Positions 62,265-64,000 of a stretch of DNA of 64,000 nucleotides are shown piece by piece; within the stretch, counting starts at the first letter, position 1; the number at the start of each line of letters is the position of its first letter. Position numbers and translations under genes: made by a program. The notes under the pieces are model-generated. The model did no database searches. It was given only the letters and a program-made list of their open reading frames with translations, and had not been told where the DNA came from. Source of the stretch: a virus. The DNA lies in the IMG/VR virus record IMGVR_UViG_3300029448_000010, positions 1 to 64,000 of that record; one strand, 5' to 3'.

Positions 62265-63544
62265 GTTGGGAAGAAGTATTGAAAAAGAAATCCACTGTCA
62301 ATTCAGCAGGTAATTACACTAAACCTAAACTTCGTAAAAAAATCTTTAACCGAATTAAAGCAGGTAATAAGGGCGGTGCATCCGGTCAATGGTCTGCTAG
62401 AAAAGCACAGATGGTTGCCGCCGCCTACAAAAAAGCAGGTGGTGGTTATCGTGATTAATTGGCGTGATGTTCTCAAAGCCAAAGCAGAAACTCAACAGGC
62501 TTTAACCACTTGGACTGACGAAGAATGGGGAAGTCAAAAACAACACAAAGCGAAAGCAAAGGGTAAAACCCCCCCTTCTAAAGCAAAAGGAAGATATATG
62601 CCTAAAAGTAAATTTCAAGGAACAGGACAAGGAAGATTAGACTATCAAGACAAAAAGAAAGAAGAAGGAACTGAACAAGGAAAACAACATGTTCCAACAG
62701 GAAAGAAGTTCAAGCAGGTGTGATTATGTGGGAAGATATTCTGAAAAAGAAACCTAAAAGTGCTAGGTCAAGAGCCTTAGAGAGAGCCAAAAAGAAAGGG
62801 CTTAAAGGATTAAATAGACCACAGCGATTAAAAGACAGTTCAGGAAAATCACATCATGTAATGGCCTTTGAAGGTAAAAAAGCCAAGTACATTAAATTCG
62901 GTCAAGCAGGTGTAAAAACAAATCAAACTGCCGGACAACGAAAAGCATTCAAATCTAGACACGCAAAGAACATAAAGCGTGGTAAAATGTCTGCCGCTTA
63001 TTGGGCTGATAAGGTAAAGTGGAGTCCAAAGAAAACCAAAGAAAAGAAGAATAAGAAATGGCGGAAGGGTAGTTGAATGTGGAAAGACATATTAAAGGCT
63101 GATTTTGTGGTAAAAACCAATTGGCCTGAAGCGGATTTTTGGCTACAAAAAAGAGGTTCTGAACAGAATGTCGGAAAGCCTATGAGAAAGTTTAGCAAGG
63201 TTCAAGGTCAATATAACATAGGAATTAAAGTACCGAAAGGAATGAATAAAGAATATGTATATGCACAATTAGCGGCACTATTTAGAAAAGGATATTGGCA
63301 AACACATTCTTACGGTACTATTAATTTACAGCATATTAGAGTCGATGATGTAAAGAAGATACTACAATCTTTTGAAAATAAAGAAGACTACACAGATGCT
63401 ACATCAGATAAGATAGAAAAAATATATGATAAGTGGCTAAATGATTCTAAGTTGATAAGTCAATTACTTATGTCAAGTAACTCTCTAATTAGAGAAGGTC
63501 GGGAAATTAAAAGGTTCTTAGGGAAAATGGAGGACATGAGATGA
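62261..63544 (+). CDS. Four basic MSW-leader proteins (62261-62458, 62451-62723, 62726-63076, 63077-63544)
   Basis: Leaders MSWEEVLK, (M)INWRDVLK, MWEDILK, MWKDILK; bodies such as GQWSARKAQ and KMSAAYWA resemble widespread small marine-phage proteins. Confidence 0.7.
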
Positions 63545-63684
63545 AGTATTGCGGTCAATGTTATACTGCTGATATTGGGACTTATCCCTTCGGTTTTTGT
63601 CACGAATGTTGGGTCAAGGCTGGTAGTCCTAAGACCATGAAGATGAAAGCATTGATAAGAGAGGCAAATCCTCCAAATATTTAG
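63541..63684 (+). CDS. 47-aa CxxC zinc-finger peptide (not in ORF track)
   Basis: MKYCGQC...FCHECW; ATGA overlap with the upstream gene. Confidence 0.45.
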   Translation: MKYCGQCYTADIGTYPFGFCHECWVKAGSPKTMKMKALIREANPPNI

Positions 63685-63694
63685 GGGTGTAATT

Positions 63695-64000
63695 ATGGCT
63701 GAAAAGAAGAGGCGATTCTCGTTTACTAATTTGTTTAGGCGTTCAACTCCTAAACCTGCGGATAGGCAGATATTCAACATGGGTATTCAGGAAAGACAGA
63801 ATAACTACATGATGACGGCTCCTATTATTTATTCTATGGTTCAACAATCAGTTATTGTTAGGACTTGTATTACTCAATTAAAACAAGAGGTTTATAGAAG
63901 AGGTTATGTTTGGGAAAAAGCATTTGATTCTATTTGTAAACAATGCGGTAAAAAACACCAAAGACCTGTATCTGAATGTTCTAGATGCAAAAGCACTGAT
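63695..64000 (+). CDS. Probable portal protein, N-terminus (3'-truncated), with Zn-ribbon insertion
   Basis: MAEKKRRFSFTNLFRR...SVIVRTCITQLKQEVYRRGY, then CKQC...CSRC; positioned after terL. Confidence 0.6.
   Translation, partial: MAEKKRRFSFTNLFRRSTPKPADRQIFNMGIQERQNNYMMTAPIIYSMVQQSVIVRTCITQLKQEVYRRGYVWEKAFDSICKQCGKKHQRPVSECSRCKSTD

Noticed and set aside
469-63780. Numerous short antisense or alternative-frame ORFs nested in long genes
   Set aside because: Shadow ORFs of well-supported genes.
1-64000. tRNA genes, integrase, reverse transcriptase/DGR
   Set aside because: No cloverleaf with T-loop consensus, recombinase or RT motifs were recognised by eye; a tRNAscan-SE run would be needed to exclude tRNAs formally.

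Overview
This is a 64-kb segment of a large tailed dsDNA virus of archaea. Its gene content (archaeal-type replisome, TFB, split PolB, chaperonin) and GGTGA/GGAGA Shine-Dalgarno motifs best fit a magrovirus-like virus of Marine Group II Euryarchaeota (Poseidoniales); this host assignment is inference. Layout: (1) 1-4644 (+), end of the tail/fibre module. (2) ~4700-41400 (-), replication and host-takeover arm: MCM-like helicase, PriS-PriL fusion primase, ERCC4 and Cas4-like nucleases, split PolB, PCNA, RFC, RPA-like SSB, ligase, GroEL/ES, TFB, class II RNR, UvrD. It also carries a dispersed candidate ubiquitin-like conjugation system (Ubl-GG, ThiF E1, JAB protease, possible E2). (3) ~41400-46800, a largely non-coding control region with a candidate origin, an array of six CAAAG-N5-ACCATATGGT hairpin elements each heading a small self-contained cassette, and structured-RNA candidates. 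(4) 46843-64000 (+), head/packaging arm (TerS candidate, TerL, portal start), in which about 20 otherwise unrelated proteins share an N-terminal M-[STNDG]-W-x-x-[ILVST]-[ILV]-K leader. All calls come from motif recognition by eye; no searches were run.
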